From Octopus sinensis (taxonomy: Eukaryota), in contig NC_043013.1 in assembly GCF_006345805.1 (NCBI RefSeq), positions 33,480,001 through 33,544,000 of the forward strand: DNA of 64,000 nucleotides, written 5' to 3'. This document shows, piece by piece, positions 41,943-55,894 of the stretch (positions are counted from its first letter, which is position 1; every line of letters starts with the position of its first letter). Below the pieces are notes generated by a model that had not been told where the DNA came from, ran no database searches, and worked only from the letters and a program-made list of their open reading frames with translations. The position numbers and the translations under genes were made by a program.

Positions 41943-42117
41943 ACGATGGGTTTCTTCAGTAGCCCTTAAGCAAACTCACTCACTAGGCTTTGGACGGCCC
42001 GAGGCTAGAGAAGAAGTACATGCCCTAGGTGCCACGCATACTGAATCCGGAACCATGTGGTGCGAAGCCGCACCAACGAAGCCGCGCCAGCGAAGCCGCG
42101 CCTGCGAAGCCGCGCCT
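41943..42117 (-). mobile_element. SINE family A 5' half ending in 4 x 14-bp GC-rich tandem repeat
   Basis: ggtgccacgcatactgaatccggaaccatgtgg followed by gcgaagccgc(a/g)cc(a/t)-type units x4 at 42062-42117. Confidence 0.75.
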
Positions 42118-42401
42118 GAGAAACAGTATGAGACTTATAATCATATATGTATCTTCTTTGGATAAAGGATGGTCGTGATGATGAATTCCTGCAGTTCAAT
42201 CAGGGTAGAGCTATAGACAGCGTGTCTGTGAGAATTCTAAGAGGCTCTATATAATCCGATGATGAATATATATATCCAAGAGCAAGGCTAAAACTGAGTA
42301 GCGCTTGAAACAGAGGTGAACAGTTAAATCTTCTTCCTTTTCAACTGATTAACAATGCTGGTCACTTATGCACTTTATATATACGTGTGTGTGTGTGTTT
42401 G

Positions 42402-42432
<31 letters not shown>

Positions 42433-42604
42433 GCGTGTGTATGGAAGTTGTGGGACTTAGTGATGCAAGAAGGAAAATAGACCGACAAAACTAGAGTGTA
42501 GTTATATATTTATCATTAATAATTGACTTAAGTTACAGAGGGTCGAGAGTTTCGCATATACGCATCTATCATTATATATATATGTATGTATGTATGTATG
42601 TGCG

Positions 42605-42654
<50 letters not shown>

Positions 42655-43574
42655 TTTGTGTATATATGTGTGTGTCTCTATGTCTGTCTGTGTGTGTCTT
42701 ATACATGCCCATATAGATGTTATCTGTATCTGTTGATGGAGGGGGAACACAAGACCAATAAGATTAACGAAACTTTTTTTACTGTTATGCCATCATATGA
42801 TTTATAGACTCCGAATAATTCCTTCCTTTTAAGTAAGTTTTCATCATCATACGTTAATTACAGTCAATTCTAATTAATATACAATACAATACACAAAAAT
42901 CATAATTTCAGTACACTAAAAGGCAAGTTTGGAATGAGGATATACATCAATCTAATTAGAAAGATTCTGATTAAACTAAGGTGATTTAATTACACGTACA
43001 ACTTCAGTAGAAACGTAATTGACTTGATCTTATATCTAGAGAAAATTAATTAGTATTTTTACGATTAATATGGTTGTCAACGTCAATGATTTAATGCAGA
43101 GATGTATTTCAGTATACTAATATTTCCCATGTAAATCTTTTATGCTGTTGTTTGTTTTGTTGTTGTTTAAGCTGAAGATCAGCCATGATGAAACAAAATT
43201 AAGCTAAACAGTAGACCAGCCATAACCATCCTGTTGGTATTTTTGGAGGAATTCTCTTTAAGACTAACTAGTTTAATATGATATTGGTTTTATCATGATA
43301 GCTGAGACTAATTACTTGAGGAACGTTTGACTAACAATCCAACAGGCCGAACGAATATTATGTAGCTGAAGCGTTGATCCGCTCATTCTACTTTTCACGA
43401 CACACATAAAACACATAAGCTCAGAAGCACACACACGCACACCCACACACAGACACACATACACTCACACACATACACACACATACACACACACTTTGTC
43501 TGAAATGACATGTTAGTAAAATCACAAACGAAATAAATATATTCTGCTTCAAAAAAGAAAAAAACATATAGTCT

Positions 43575-43977
43575 GCATGGAGTGGCCGTGTGGTAAGTTG
43601 CTTGCTTAGCAATCACATGGCTCTGGGTTCAGTCCCACAGCGTGGCGCTTTGGACAAGTGTCTTCTACTATAGCCTCGGGCCGACCAAAGCCTTGTGAGT
43701 GAATTTGGTAGATGGAAACTGAAAGAAGCCCGTCGTATATATGTATATGTATAGGTGTGTGTGTGTTTCTGAATCTGTGTTTGTCCCCCCACCCCAACAT
43801 CACTTGGCAACCTATGCTGGTGTGTTTACGTCGTCCTCGTAACTTAGTGGTTCGGCAAAAGAGACCGATAGAATAAGTACTAGGCTTACAAAGAATAAGT
43901 CCTGAAATCAATTTGCTCGACTAAAGGCGGTGCTCCAGCATGGCCACAGTCAAATGACAAGTAAAAGAGTAAAGAAT
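43575..43977 (+). mobile_element. SINE family A, full-length
   Basis: A box tggccgtgtgg, B box ggttcagtccc, tail gtaaaagagtaaagaata. Confidence 0.92.
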
Positions 43978-44029
43978 AATAAGAGTATGCGTGAAAGAAT
44001 TATGCACGAAGGTCAAATCTGATGGTTGG

Positions 44030-44172
44030 TAGGTGCTTTGGCTGGAATTGGTAGGTCTATCTTGTTTGCTTCTTCGGCAATGTGTCTCAATGTTCGACGC
44101 CAATCTTAATAATGCGATGCCACTATTCTCTATTATTTGCATGTTGCTTCCTATATCCAGGGATCCAGACCA
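44030..44172 (-). mobile_element. Possible decayed RTE-type LINE C-terminal fragment
   Basis: Minus strand KQHANNRE*WHRIIKIGVEH resembles the A.DR..WR..I..G motif at the RTE ORF end. Confidence 0.35.
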
Positions 44173-44697
44173 TGGATTTCATTATATTCGTATATATACG
44201 TAGAGAGATAGGGTTGAAAACTCTAACGATTTGATTTTAGTAAAATTATTTCTAATATTTTTCTTGCAAACACTGTTATTTATTGTTGCTACTGTTCTTT
44301 TTACTGCTTGAATTTTGAAGATACCCTTTAATATTTTCCGGTCATAGAAATTTTGAAAATCCGCAAAATTCGGATTATTATAATACCAAAGAAAAAAATA
44401 AGAACTTTAGAATTATATTGAGATAACGTTTTATAAGTAAATACACACCGAAATTCTAATATGTGGTGCTTCTCTGCTGATAGTTTGAACGGTACTGAAG
44501 ACGTTACATCGTTACACGTTTGGAATGTTATCCTTTTTTCAATCTTTCTTTCTAACGTTCTTCTTTCCTTTCTTTCTTTCTCTCTGTCTTTCTTTCATTT
44601 CATTTGTCATTTATTTTCTAGTTCATTGGTTGTATCTAATTTAGTTTAATGTGGAATATTAGATAGATATCATTAATTTTAATCATGAATTCCTCTC

Positions 44698-44736
<39 letters not shown>

Positions 44737-45029
44737 TACTGTACACACACACACACAAATATATAAATGCACATACAAACAATGTGTTGGATGCCTCGAG
44801 GTTGCGCAAGAAGTCATATATCCAATGCAATGTACAATGGGATAGAAACCGAAGCCAGGTGGTATGAATGTAGTCCTAATGTCTTAGATAAGCAACTGGC
44901 AATTCAAAGATACATAATTAGAAATATTTACAATGAGTTTGTTGAGAGCAATTTAAAAATTCCCCTGCGTTCATTTGTTTCATTTGTTATTCAAAATGTT
45001 AAGAATAAAATGTGTCGTGAGTAATAATA

Positions 45030-45243
45030 ATTTCAAATTTTGGCACAAAGCCAGGTATTTCGCTGGGGCGAGAATAAGTCGATTACATCGAACCCCAGTA
45101 GTCAACTGGTACTTGTTTTACAATTCCGAAAGGATGAAGAACAAATTCGACCTCGGCGGCATTTGAACTCAGAACAAGGAGACAGACGAAGTGCCGCAAA
45201 GCATTTTGTCCGGTGTACTAACGATTTTGCCAGCTCTCACCTT
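45030..45243 (-). mobile_element. SINE family B monomer, probable 11-bp TSD
   Basis: Full monomer; gtgagtaataa at 45017-45027 and 45250-45260. Confidence 0.85.
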
Positions 45244-45680
45244 AGTGAAGTGAGTAATAACGATCCATACATCTTGTGGAACTTCGAAGTTACTGTCAAT
45301 TAAGTAATCATGGTATATCAGATTATACACTACTATTGTGTTCTTTACTCACATGGTCTTCTATTTTTATGCATATAAAGCATCTTGTACATGTATAGGC
45401 CTTTGTGCGTATGATGTGTATACGTGTGTGATTGCATATATATTTTCGTATCTAAATATATTATTTTATAATTTAAGAGAGAAAACAACACCATGGCCTT
45501 GTACAGACCCTCCGACTCAGGTTGCAGCTAAAGTGGGAGGTACACTCAAATCCGTTTGAATTTGAATATACACTACTAAAGATAATCAAATTGCACGACC
45601 AGTTAGGCCTACTGTCCACATAGGCTCTGTTGAAACTTGAACTCGATAAAATTTCAGGAAAGAAATATCGCAATGTACCA

Positions 45681-46124
45681 TTCTTTTATTCTTTTACTTG
45701 TTTCAGCCATTTGACTGCTGCCATGCTGAAGCACAGCCTCTAGTTGAACAAATCGACACAGAACTTATTCTTTGTAAGCCTAGTACTTATTCTCTCGTAC
45801 TCTTTTGCCGAGCCGCTAAGTTACGGGCACGTAAACAGACCAACATTGGTTGACAAGCGACGGTAGGGGGATAAACACATATATACATATACATACACAC
45901 ATACATTATATATATATATATATATATATATGGAGAGAGAGAGAGAGAGAGAGAGATGTATGTACACGACGAGCTTCTTTGATTTTCCGCCTGCCAAATC
46001 CACTCACAAGGCTATGGTCGGCCCAAGGCTATAGTAGAGAGCACTTGCCCAAGGTGCCACGCAGTGGAACTGAACCCGGAACTATGTGGTTGGGAAGCAA
46101 GCTTCTTACAACACAGCCACTCCT
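45681..46124 (-). mobile_element. SINE family A, full-length with (TA)(GA) internal tract
   Basis: Colinear with the other family-A copies. Confidence 0.92.
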
Positions 46125-48017
46125 ACTATGTTCAGCATTTTTACAGTTCCACCGTTCAACCGACCTGAATTAGTATTTGCTTTCAACGTTACTTGCTAAG
46201 ATTTGAACTCAGAACACAAAGTCTTGGAGGTAATACCGCGAAGCTGCCAATTCGCCACTTCCATATTGATATGACCTGGGGTTATAGCAAAAAGTAACAA
46301 AAAGAAAAAAATATACACTTGCCTAAGTTAACACATAGGGGAATCGAACTCGGGTTCGGATGATTGCCCAGCGAATTTTTTAGTATTCGACAATACAGCA
46401 TTCAGGTACATGCATGTTAACCTACCTAGCGACATACTTTTTTAACTACACACACACACAAACACACACACGCGCGCACACATATATACGTATACATATA
46501 TGTATACATACATATATACTTACATACATAAAGACATATATATATGTATACATATATTCACTCATATATGCATGCATTCTTACATATGTACATACATATG
46601 TGCATACATACATATATACATACATACTTGTAGTGAGGAATAGCAAAGATTGAGTACGCAAGTAGAATAGAAAAATGAGAACGAAAAAGAACGGTTCCAA
46701 AAAGAGGTCATATTTCTGCTTTTCACGTTTTTCGCGTCAGCAAATGATTGGAATCTGTAAAAGAAGGTCAGTCTCAGACATGAGACATAGAATTCTTTCG
46801 GATAGAACAAACAATTGAAAGAGAAATAAGAAATAATATAGAAAAGAAAGATACGGGATATGACAAAAAGCAGAGAAGAACGTCAACGAAACTCGAAAAT
46901 ATTTAGAAATATAATAAAATAATAAAAAAAAATAAATGTAAACAAAATGTACAAAAGAAAGAATAAAAGAAGAAATAAAATTTATTGCATTAAAATAAAC
47001 TTTTTTTTTTTTTTGACAGGATCAGGTCAACAAATTTGAAAAAGATTTGTTTAAATTCTGAATTACATAAAGATAAACAAAACGCAGAAACAATACTAAC
47101 AGAATCACATAAATTAAAGAGTGAAATGAGAGGTGATAAGTCCTTTATTTCAATAGGAGCTTTAAATTTTACAAAAATTGGCTGTTATGTTTTAAGAAAT
47201 CGTTTTGAATATAAAATTCAAATAAAATAAAATGAAATACAATAAAGAAAATAATATGAAATAAAAATAACATACAAGAAAGAAAAGAAGGGAAATAATT
47301 TTGTAAAATACAGAGTAGTCGGTGTATTCATTCGCAACATAAAATTGTCTTCTATTTACTGTCACATTTTAATACTGAAAACCTAGAATAAAAATACAAA
47401 ATGGCGTTTAAACTGCTTCAAACAGACTATAATTGCTTGCATAGAGAAAAGAGCACTCGAATACATTGTATATATCCGCCCTTCCTTATCAAGGCGTTTA
47501 TTTTGAAATATCGGTCGTTATTTTATTTCATTTTATTTTATTTTATGTAATATTCGTTTTATATATATTTAAATTTTCTGAGAATTTTCTGTATGGATTT
47601 CTGTGGATTTTGTTTAGATTTGTTAAACTATTATTATTGTTTTCGTTCTTCAGTTAGCTAAATAATAACGGATTTTTCTGTGTCTGTAATGCTATTAAAA
47701 ACGCATAAATAAATGAATGAGTGAATAAATAAATAAATAATTAAATAGATAAATAAATAAATAAACAAATAAGTATACGTGTGCATTACATTGAATACTT
47801 TATTCAAATGTTAAAAACGGAATTGTCATCGTTTCATAACAGAAATGTTGCTTCACATACACTTACATCGATACGCAGAGACATACACACGGATGTACGC
47901 AAACACTCACACACACATCTCTATATGCAACTGTATACGTATGTTCATATGCTTACAAATATCAATACATGAATATACGTACACACTCACCGCTCCTCTG
48001 TCTTTCTCTCCCTAAAT

Positions 48018-48059
<42 letters not shown>

Positions 48060-48069
48060 GCAACTTTGT

Positions 48070-48610
48070 ATAACGTCATTCTCTTGCCCGCCTCTGTAAC
48101 ATACTTCTTTTCATCATCCATGCATCGACACCGAACCTCTTTAATCTGTTGGCAGTTCAACTTTACTGCAGATATTTTGTATCACTCCATGATGAGGACA
48201 TGTCCTTTGTCTTCAGTTTTCATCATTCGCGCTCATGTCACAGTGATATCCATAATGAAGCATTATCTGTTTTCCTCTTCAGTACTCTAATCATTGCTCT
48301 GTTATACATTCCAAATTCGAGAGTAGATAAGTAGGACATAATGCATCTAGTGACAAGCTCGGGTCGTTCGAAACTCCACTTGTGGTAACGTACACTGCTA
48401 TTCGTATGTCTTATACATTTCCTCAAGCCTTGTTACTCCTTTCTTTTCTATGCCCACTTTATATTCATATTCATTTTTAGAGGAACCATCAACGGAACAG
48501 TTCGGTGTTGTCAAGTCACACCGCATAAATATTGTTAAAACGTTACTTCGTTTTGCAACGAGGTCCGGAAACATGAAAACTTCCTTCATATCCCTCTGCA
48601 ACAACCAGTA
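48070..48610 (-). mobile_element. Possible decayed RTE-type LINE post-RT region
   Basis: Frame-broken similarity to RTE motifs (RAMIRVL; NRLKRFGV..MDDE ~ RRLRWFGHV.RM). Confidence 0.35.
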
Positions 48611-50078
48611 TTAAGCACCTTTCAGAAGCCACTGTATAACTTTTATTCAGTTTTTTTACGCTCCTGTGTTGTTTTGCTTTTCCTCGCCTCTTTTAGAAAA
48701 CAGCAGGCTACAACAACATGTTGGTTTTCATTGCGCTGACACTGCTCTCTTGTTTTAATGCATTAACCCATCAAGAAAGACACTCAACACTTTAGTCATG
48801 ACATCAGAGATACTCTACAATGGATAACTACATGTTACCAATACATGCGAGCAAAATACATATCTCACATACTTATGACACACAGTGTTGCCAATATAAA
48901 TATTGACTCTAGGTGGAAACAACTTTTAAACAGCTCTCAAGAAAAATAGTAACCTACCTGTTTCTATGTTCCAAATCATGACACACAAAAGGTTTCTTTG
49001 TCCAGTCATCCGCAAAAGATAATATCATTTTTTAACAAGAAAGTGCTTCTCTCCCTTTCGAAGAATTTGCTCAAGAATGGGTAAGGAAAAACGAACATCA
49101 GTCTCGTAAAGAATGAGTGAGGGATTTAAGTCTTCCACTAAATAGGAAAACATGGCGGGCGTTGAACTCACAACGTAAAGTTCCTAATTAATCACCGCAA
49201 TGTTTCCTGTATATTGCTCTTACTTTGGATTTCATCTGTTTAGTGTCGATGGAAAAGTAGTTTTGAATGGTACTGTTAATAATGCGCTCCAAAAGGATCA
49301 CTAGAAAGCTGATGAGCAGATCAGTGCGGTATCTATCTACGGGGAAACTTAAATACGTACAGAGAGTGAGAAAGTGTGATACTTGCCAACTCACACATCG
49401 ACGTGCACAATACAACAGTAATAGACGCGTTTCCACATTCGAATTTCCAAAAGCATAAACAAGCTGTGAGTGCAAAGATTACGCAAAATTGCATGTATTT
49501 AATCGGAGTTAATAGGGATTAGAAATTTGAATTACTCCAGAAAACTAAAGGGGCGTACCGGAGCTGTTAAGTAATATGTCTGTAGAAACAAAAGCAATGA
49601 AACAAGTGAAGAAAGATGTATAACACAGCGTCTGCACTGGAAACAGTAAACGCCACTAAAGGCTTTCGTCATGGCTTACTAGAAGGGCAGGGGAAGAAAG
49701 TAGTAAATCAGCAACAGCTGTAGAGGATGCAGTTACTTGATGCATTCCAAATACGTATTTCATTTCTTCATAGACCGTGGTTGGACTAACAGCCAAGGAG
49801 TTGAGCCTAATGACACGATGAAAGGGGTGGCATTTTTTACTACATTTTAAAATGATTATTATATGATTTCTAATATGACCAATCAATTAGAGTATAATAT
49901 ATGTGGTTCTCCCCCATATCCTTAAGGGCAGTTTAAAACAAAGCCATTCAGATGACAAGAACATTTATGTCTTACAAAGTGTTGTTACTACTTCGAATAG
50001 TTCATACTAGATTGGTATAATATTCATTTATATCTCCAAACATATGTGTCTGTGTCTTACTTTATCTTTCTCTATATA

Positions 50079-51317
50079 CAGGGGTTGGACAAAATAATGG
50101 AAACACCTTGCATCATACAATCATAATTTTGAAATATCTATAAAACCGTGAAAAGCTTGTTTATTTTTATATTTTTTGATTTATCATTGGTATTGCTTAA
50201 TATGTTTCGCTAAAATTTCTGTTTCTTTTCAATTATCATCCGAACAAGGTAAGTAAAATTCATTAAAATGACAGATTTATGGGAGTTTCAAAGAGGTCTA
50301 ATTGTTGGTGCTCGTATGGCACGCGCTAGTGTAAGGAAAACAGCCGAAATGTTTGATGTATCATGAAGTACTTTCTCAAAAGTAATGACAGCCTTTGAGA
50401 AAGAGGGAAAAAACCACCTCGTTGAAACGAAACTCCGGAAGAAAACCCAAATTTCCAGATATGAATCGTCGGACTCTTGCGCGAATTGTTAGAAAGGATC
50501 ACAAAAGTACAGCTCCCAAAATTACTGCAGAGCTTAATAGCCACCCCGAGAGTTCAGTTTCCACAAAAACTGTTCAACGGAAGCTGCATAAAGTTGGATT
50601 TCACGTGAAGGCTGCAATCAGAAAGCCACTACTTTCAAAAAGAAACGTTGCAAAGCGATTAGAGTGGAGTAGAATTGCGTATAGAATTGGTCCCTAGAGC
50701 AGTGGAAGAATGTTATTTTCTCGGACGAGTCATCCTTTACCTTACGTGTGGAGACAGCCAAAAGAAGCATTTGACTCAAACTTTCTTCTTCCAAATGTTA
50801 AACAGGAGGATCTGTGATGATCGGGGTGGGGGCCTATATCTTGGAAATCCACCGGCCCAATGGTTTCCCTTCATGGCAGAATTAATAGCCAAGACTAAGC
50901 ATTTTATCTGATCAAATTCCTCCTATGGTTGCGAAACTGTTTCCGGAGGAAAACACAATATTTTAGGAAGATAACGCACCAATTCACATAGCTAAAGTTG
51001 TTACTGAATGACACGAGGAACATTCTAGTAAAGTTGAACATCTTATTTGGCCACCACAGTCCCCAGATCTCAATATTAATGAGCGTTTATGGTACATTTT
51101 TGAAAAACAAGAAAGGAGTCGATATCATCACTGCAAGAACTGGAGACTGTTTTAGCTGAAGAATGGACAAAATTTGCTTTGGAAAGAAATCAAAATTTGT
51201 ACGAGTCCATATCTCGTAGAATTCAAGCTGTAATTACTGCCAAAGGCAGTCCTCCCCCATATTAAAATAAATTTGTTTGAAATTTTACGGTGTTTCCTTT
51301 ATTTTGTCTAACCCCTG
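50079..51317 (+). mobile_element. Tc1-family DNA transposon, full-length, inactive
   Basis: 29-bp TIRs caggggttggacaaaataatggaaacacc / ggtgtttcctttattttgtctaacccctg (2 mismatches); TA flanks. Confidence 0.95.
50268..51265 (+). pseudogene. Tc1 DDE transposase pseudogene
   Basis: MTDLWEFQRGLIVGARMA..., SGRKPK, IRKPLLS, WKNVIFSDES, EDNAPIH, WPPQSPDLNINERLW; stops and frameshifts. Confidence 0.93.
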
Positions 51318-53553
51318 TATGTCTATATACATGTCACATACACACACACACACACACACACATATGAGGAATGTCTTTATTTACACATACATATTATAGT
51401 CCATTCTGTAACACTCCAATAAACTTTACACGTATTACTTTCCTTTCGCTTTCTATCAATTCAATTAGTTAATATTTTTCTTAGCTCCCTCTCTCTTTCT
51501 CACTCACTATCTTTTCCCCCCTTTCTTTGTCTCTCTCTCTCTCTCAAATTCTAACGTTCCCTATCCCCATTAATTTATTCTTTCCTTTAAACATTTTGAT
51601 TTATTTTCTCCTATTATGTCATGGTCTTGCGAGGCTTTTCATTATTTTCTATCTCATCATTTTCTTTTTTCCTTCATTTTTTTCTTTTCATATTCTAAAA
51701 TTTTAACCGCCGTTTCCACCATTTTATTATTTAAAATTTAACTTTAAATTTATAATTTATAATTTATTTGAAATGTATTTTGTGTTTAATCATTTAGCTT
51801 CCTTTATCGTGTTTTCCTTTTTGCGGTTTTCAGGGAATCCTTCGGGTCGTTCGAAACTCCACTTGTGGTAACGTACACTGCTATTCGTATGTCTTATACA
51901 TTTCCTCAAGCCTTGTTACTCCTTTCTTTTCTATGCCCACTTTATATTCATATTCATTTTTAGAGGAACCATCAACGGAACAGTTCGGTGTTGTCAAGTC
52001 ACACCGCATAAATATTGTTAAAACGTTACTTCGTTTTGCAACGAGGTCCGGAAACATGAAAACTTCCTTCATATCCCTCTGCAACAACCAGTATTAAGCA
52101 CCTTTCAGAAGCCACTGTATAACTTTTATTCAGTTTTTTTACGCTCCTGTTTGTTTTGCTTTTCCTCGCCTCTTTTAGAAAACAGCAGGCTACAACAACA
52201 TGTTGGTTTTCATTGCGCTGACACTGCTCTCTTGTTTTAATGCATTAACCCATCAAGAAAGACACTCAACACTTTAGTCATGACATCAGAGATACTCTAC
52301 AATGGATAACTACATGTTACCAATACATGCGAGCAAAATACATATCTCACATACTTATGACACACAGTGTTGCCAATATAATATTGACTCTAGGTGGAAA
52401 CAACTTTAAACAGCTCTCAAGAAAAATAGTAACCTACCTGTTTCTATGTTCCAAATCATGACACACAAAAGGTTTCTTTGTCCAGTCATCCGCAAAAGAT
52501 AATCATTTTTTAACAAGAAAGTGCTTCTCTCCCTTTCGAAGAATTTGCTCAAGAATGGGTAAGGAAAAACGAACATCAGTCTCGTAAAGAATGAGTGAGG
52601 GATTTAAGTCTTCCACTAAATAGGAAAACATGGCGGGCGTTGAACTCACAACGTAAAGTTCCTAATTAATCACCGCAATGTTTCCTGTATATTGCTCTTA
52701 CTTTGGATTTCATCTGTTTAGTGTCGATGGAAAAGTAGTTTTGAATGGTACTGTTAATAATGCGCTCCAAAAGGATCACTAGAAAGCTGATGAGCAGATC
52801 AGTGCGGTATCTATCTACGGGGAAACTTAAATACGTACAGAGGTGAGAAAGTGTGATACTTGCCAACTCACACATCGACGTGCACAATACAACAGTAATA
52901 GACGCGTTTCCACATTCGAATTTCCAAAAGCATAAACAAGCTGTGAGTGCAAAGATTACGCAAAATTGCATGTATTTAATCGAGTTAATAGGGATTAGAA
53001 ATTTGAATTACTCCAGAAAACTAAAGGGGCGTACCGGAGCTGTTAAGTAATATGTCTGTAGAAACAAAAGCAATGAAACAAGTGAAGAAAGATGTATAAC
53101 ACAGCGTCTGCACTGGAAACAGTAAACGCCACTAAAGGCTTTCGTCATGGCTTACTAGAAGGGCAGGGGAAGAAGTAGTAAATCAGCAACAGCTGTAGAG
53201 GATGCAGTTACTTGATGCATTCCAAATACGTATTTCATTTCTTCATAGACCGTGGTTGGACTAACAGCCAAGGAGTTGAGCCTAATGACACGATGAAAGG
53301 GGTGGCATTTTTTACTACATTTTAAAATGATTATTATATGATTTCTAATATGACCAATCAATTAGAGTATAATATATGTGGTTCTCCCCCATATCCTTAA
53401 GGGCAGTTTAAAACAAAGCCATTCAGATGACAAGAACATTTATGTCTTACAAAGTGTTGTTACTACTTCGAATAGTTCATACTAGATTGGTATAATATTC
53501 ATTTATATCTCCAAACATATGTGTCTGTGTCTTACTTTATCTTTCTCTATATA

Positions 53554-54779
53554 CAGGGGTTGGACAAAATAATGGAAACACCTTGCATCATACAATCATA
53601 ATTTTGAAATATCTATAAAACCGTGAAAAGCTTGTTTATTTTTATTTTTTGATTTATCATTGGTATTGCTTAATATGTTTCGCTAAAATTTCTGTTTCTT
53701 TTCAATTATCATCCGAACAAGGTAAGTAAAATTCATTAAAATGACAGATTTATGGGAGTTTCAAAAGGTCTAATTGTTGGTGCTCGTATGGCACGCGCTA
53801 GTGTAAGGAAAACAGCCGAAATGTTTGATGTATCATGAAGTACTTTCTCAAAAGTAATGACAGCCTTTGAGAAAGAGGGAAAAAACCACCTCGTTGAAAC
53901 GAAACTCCGGAAGAAACCCAATTTCCAGATATGAATCGTCGGACTCTTGCGCGAATTGTTAGAAAGGATCACAAAAGTACAGCTCCCAATTACTGCAGAG
54001 CTTAATAGCCACCCCGAGAGTTCAGTTTCCACAAAAACTGTTCAACGGAAGCTGCATAAAGTTGGATTTCACGTGAAGGCTGCAATCAAAAGCCACTACT
54101 TTCAAAAAAACGTTGCAAAGCGATTAGAGTGGAGTAGAATTGCGTATAGAATTGGTCCCTAGAGCAGTGGAAGAATGTTATTTTCTCGGACGAGTCAATC
54201 CTTTACCTTACGTGTGGAGACAGCCAAAAGAAGCATTTGACTCAAACTTTCTTCTTCCAAATGTTAAACAGGAGGATCTGTGATGATCGGGTGGGGCCTA
54301 TATCTTGGAATCCACCGGCCCAATGGTTTCCCTTCATGGCAGAATTAATAGCCAAGACTAAGCATTTTATCTGATCAAATTCCTCCTATGGTTGCGAAAC
54401 TGTTTCCGGAGGAAAACACAATATTTTAGGAAGATAACGCACCAATTCACATAGCTAAAGTTGTTACTGAATGACACGAGGAACATTCTAGTAAAGTTGA
54501 ACATCTATTTGGCCACCACAGTCCCCAGATCTCAATATTAATGAGCGTTTATGGTACATTTTTGAAAAACAAGAAAGGAGTCGATATCATCACTGCAAGA
54601 ACTGGAGACTGTTTTAGCTGAAGAATGGACAAAATTTGCTTTGGAAAGAAATCAAAATTTGTACGAGTCCATATCTCGTAGAATTCAAGCTGTAATTACT
54701 GCCAAAGGCAGTCCTCCCCCATATTAAAATAAATTTGTTTGAAATTTTACGGTGTTTCCTTTATTTTGTCTAACCCCTG
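53554..54779 (+). mobile_element. Second copy of the Tc1 element (inside the duplication)
   Basis: Same TIRs and flanks as 50079-51317, with extra 1-bp deletions. Confidence 0.93.
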
Positions 54780-54796
54780 TATGTCTATATACATGT

Positions 54797-54849
<53 letters not shown>

Positions 54850-55894
54850 GAGCAATGTCTTTATTTACACATACATATTATAGTCCATTCTGTAACACTC
54901 CAATAAACTTTACACGTATTACTTTCCTTTCGCTTTCTATCAATTCAATTAGTTAATATTTTTCTTAGCTCCCTCTCTCTTTCTCACTCACTATCTTTTC
55001 CCCCCTTTCTTTGTCTCTCTCTCTCTCTCAAATTCTAACGTTCCCTATCCCCATTAATTTATTCTTTCCTTTAAACATTTTGATTTATTTTCTCCTATTA
55101 TGTCATGGTCTTGCGAGGCTTTTCATTATTTTCTATCTCATCATTTTCTTTTTTCCTTCATTTTTTTCTTTTCATATTCTAAAATTTTAACCGCCGTTTC
55201 CACCATTTTATTATTTAAAATTTAACTTTAAATTTATAATTTATAATTTATTTGAAATGTATTTTGTGTTTAATCATTTAGCTTCCTTTATCGTGTTTTC
55301 CTTTTTGCGGTTTTCAGGGAATCCTTCGTTATCTTCCCTCTTCCGCTTTCTCTCTCTCTCTCCCGCTTTGTCTGCCTTCCCATACCTCTGAATCTCCGCT
55401 TCTCTGACTCACTCGTCTCCCTCTCTTCTTCTCGATGTTTACGTGTCATATATCTTCACTCTTTCCCTCGGCTCTCTTTTTGTCGTTTCATTTCACGTTT
55501 TGTCTGTTGTTGTCCCTTTTTTTTGCATCTCACTTCAGCTCTGTTCTGCATTTCCCTTAAGTGTTCTTTCGCATTGTTTACTCTCTGTCCTTCACAACCT
55601 TCCACTTTTTTCTTGTTTGATTTCCGTTTCATACTGTCTCTGTCTCTTGCCTTTTTCACATTTACAACTGTCTTCAGTCTCATTTTCAATCGTTTTACAC
55701 CCTGTATTGTCTTCTATTCTGTCGACCATATTCAAACGTTTCTCTCTCTCTCTCTCTCTCTCACTCTCTTCCAATCTAACAAAATCATTGTCTCCTTTGT
55801 CGCTTGGCATCTACAGAAAACTCTACGAATCTTATACAAATGGAGGATATCATAAACCTTTGTCAAATCATAATGCATTATGTATGACAAACTA

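Larger units (their letters stand above)
48359..55328 (+). repeat. Head-to-tail tandem duplication, unit ~3483 bp (48359-51841 / 51842-55328)
   Basis: Identical ORFs at 48398 and 51881 (offset 3483); junction has tcg microhomology. Confidence 0.97.

Noticed and set aside
49305-49355. CTGATGA-gcagat...atctac-ggg-GAAAC hammerhead candidate
   Set aside because: Three extra G before GAAA, mismatched stem II and no stem I
48398-52087. Two identical 68-aa ORFs suggesting paralogous genes
   Set aside because: By-product of the tandem duplication over a probable decayed LINE
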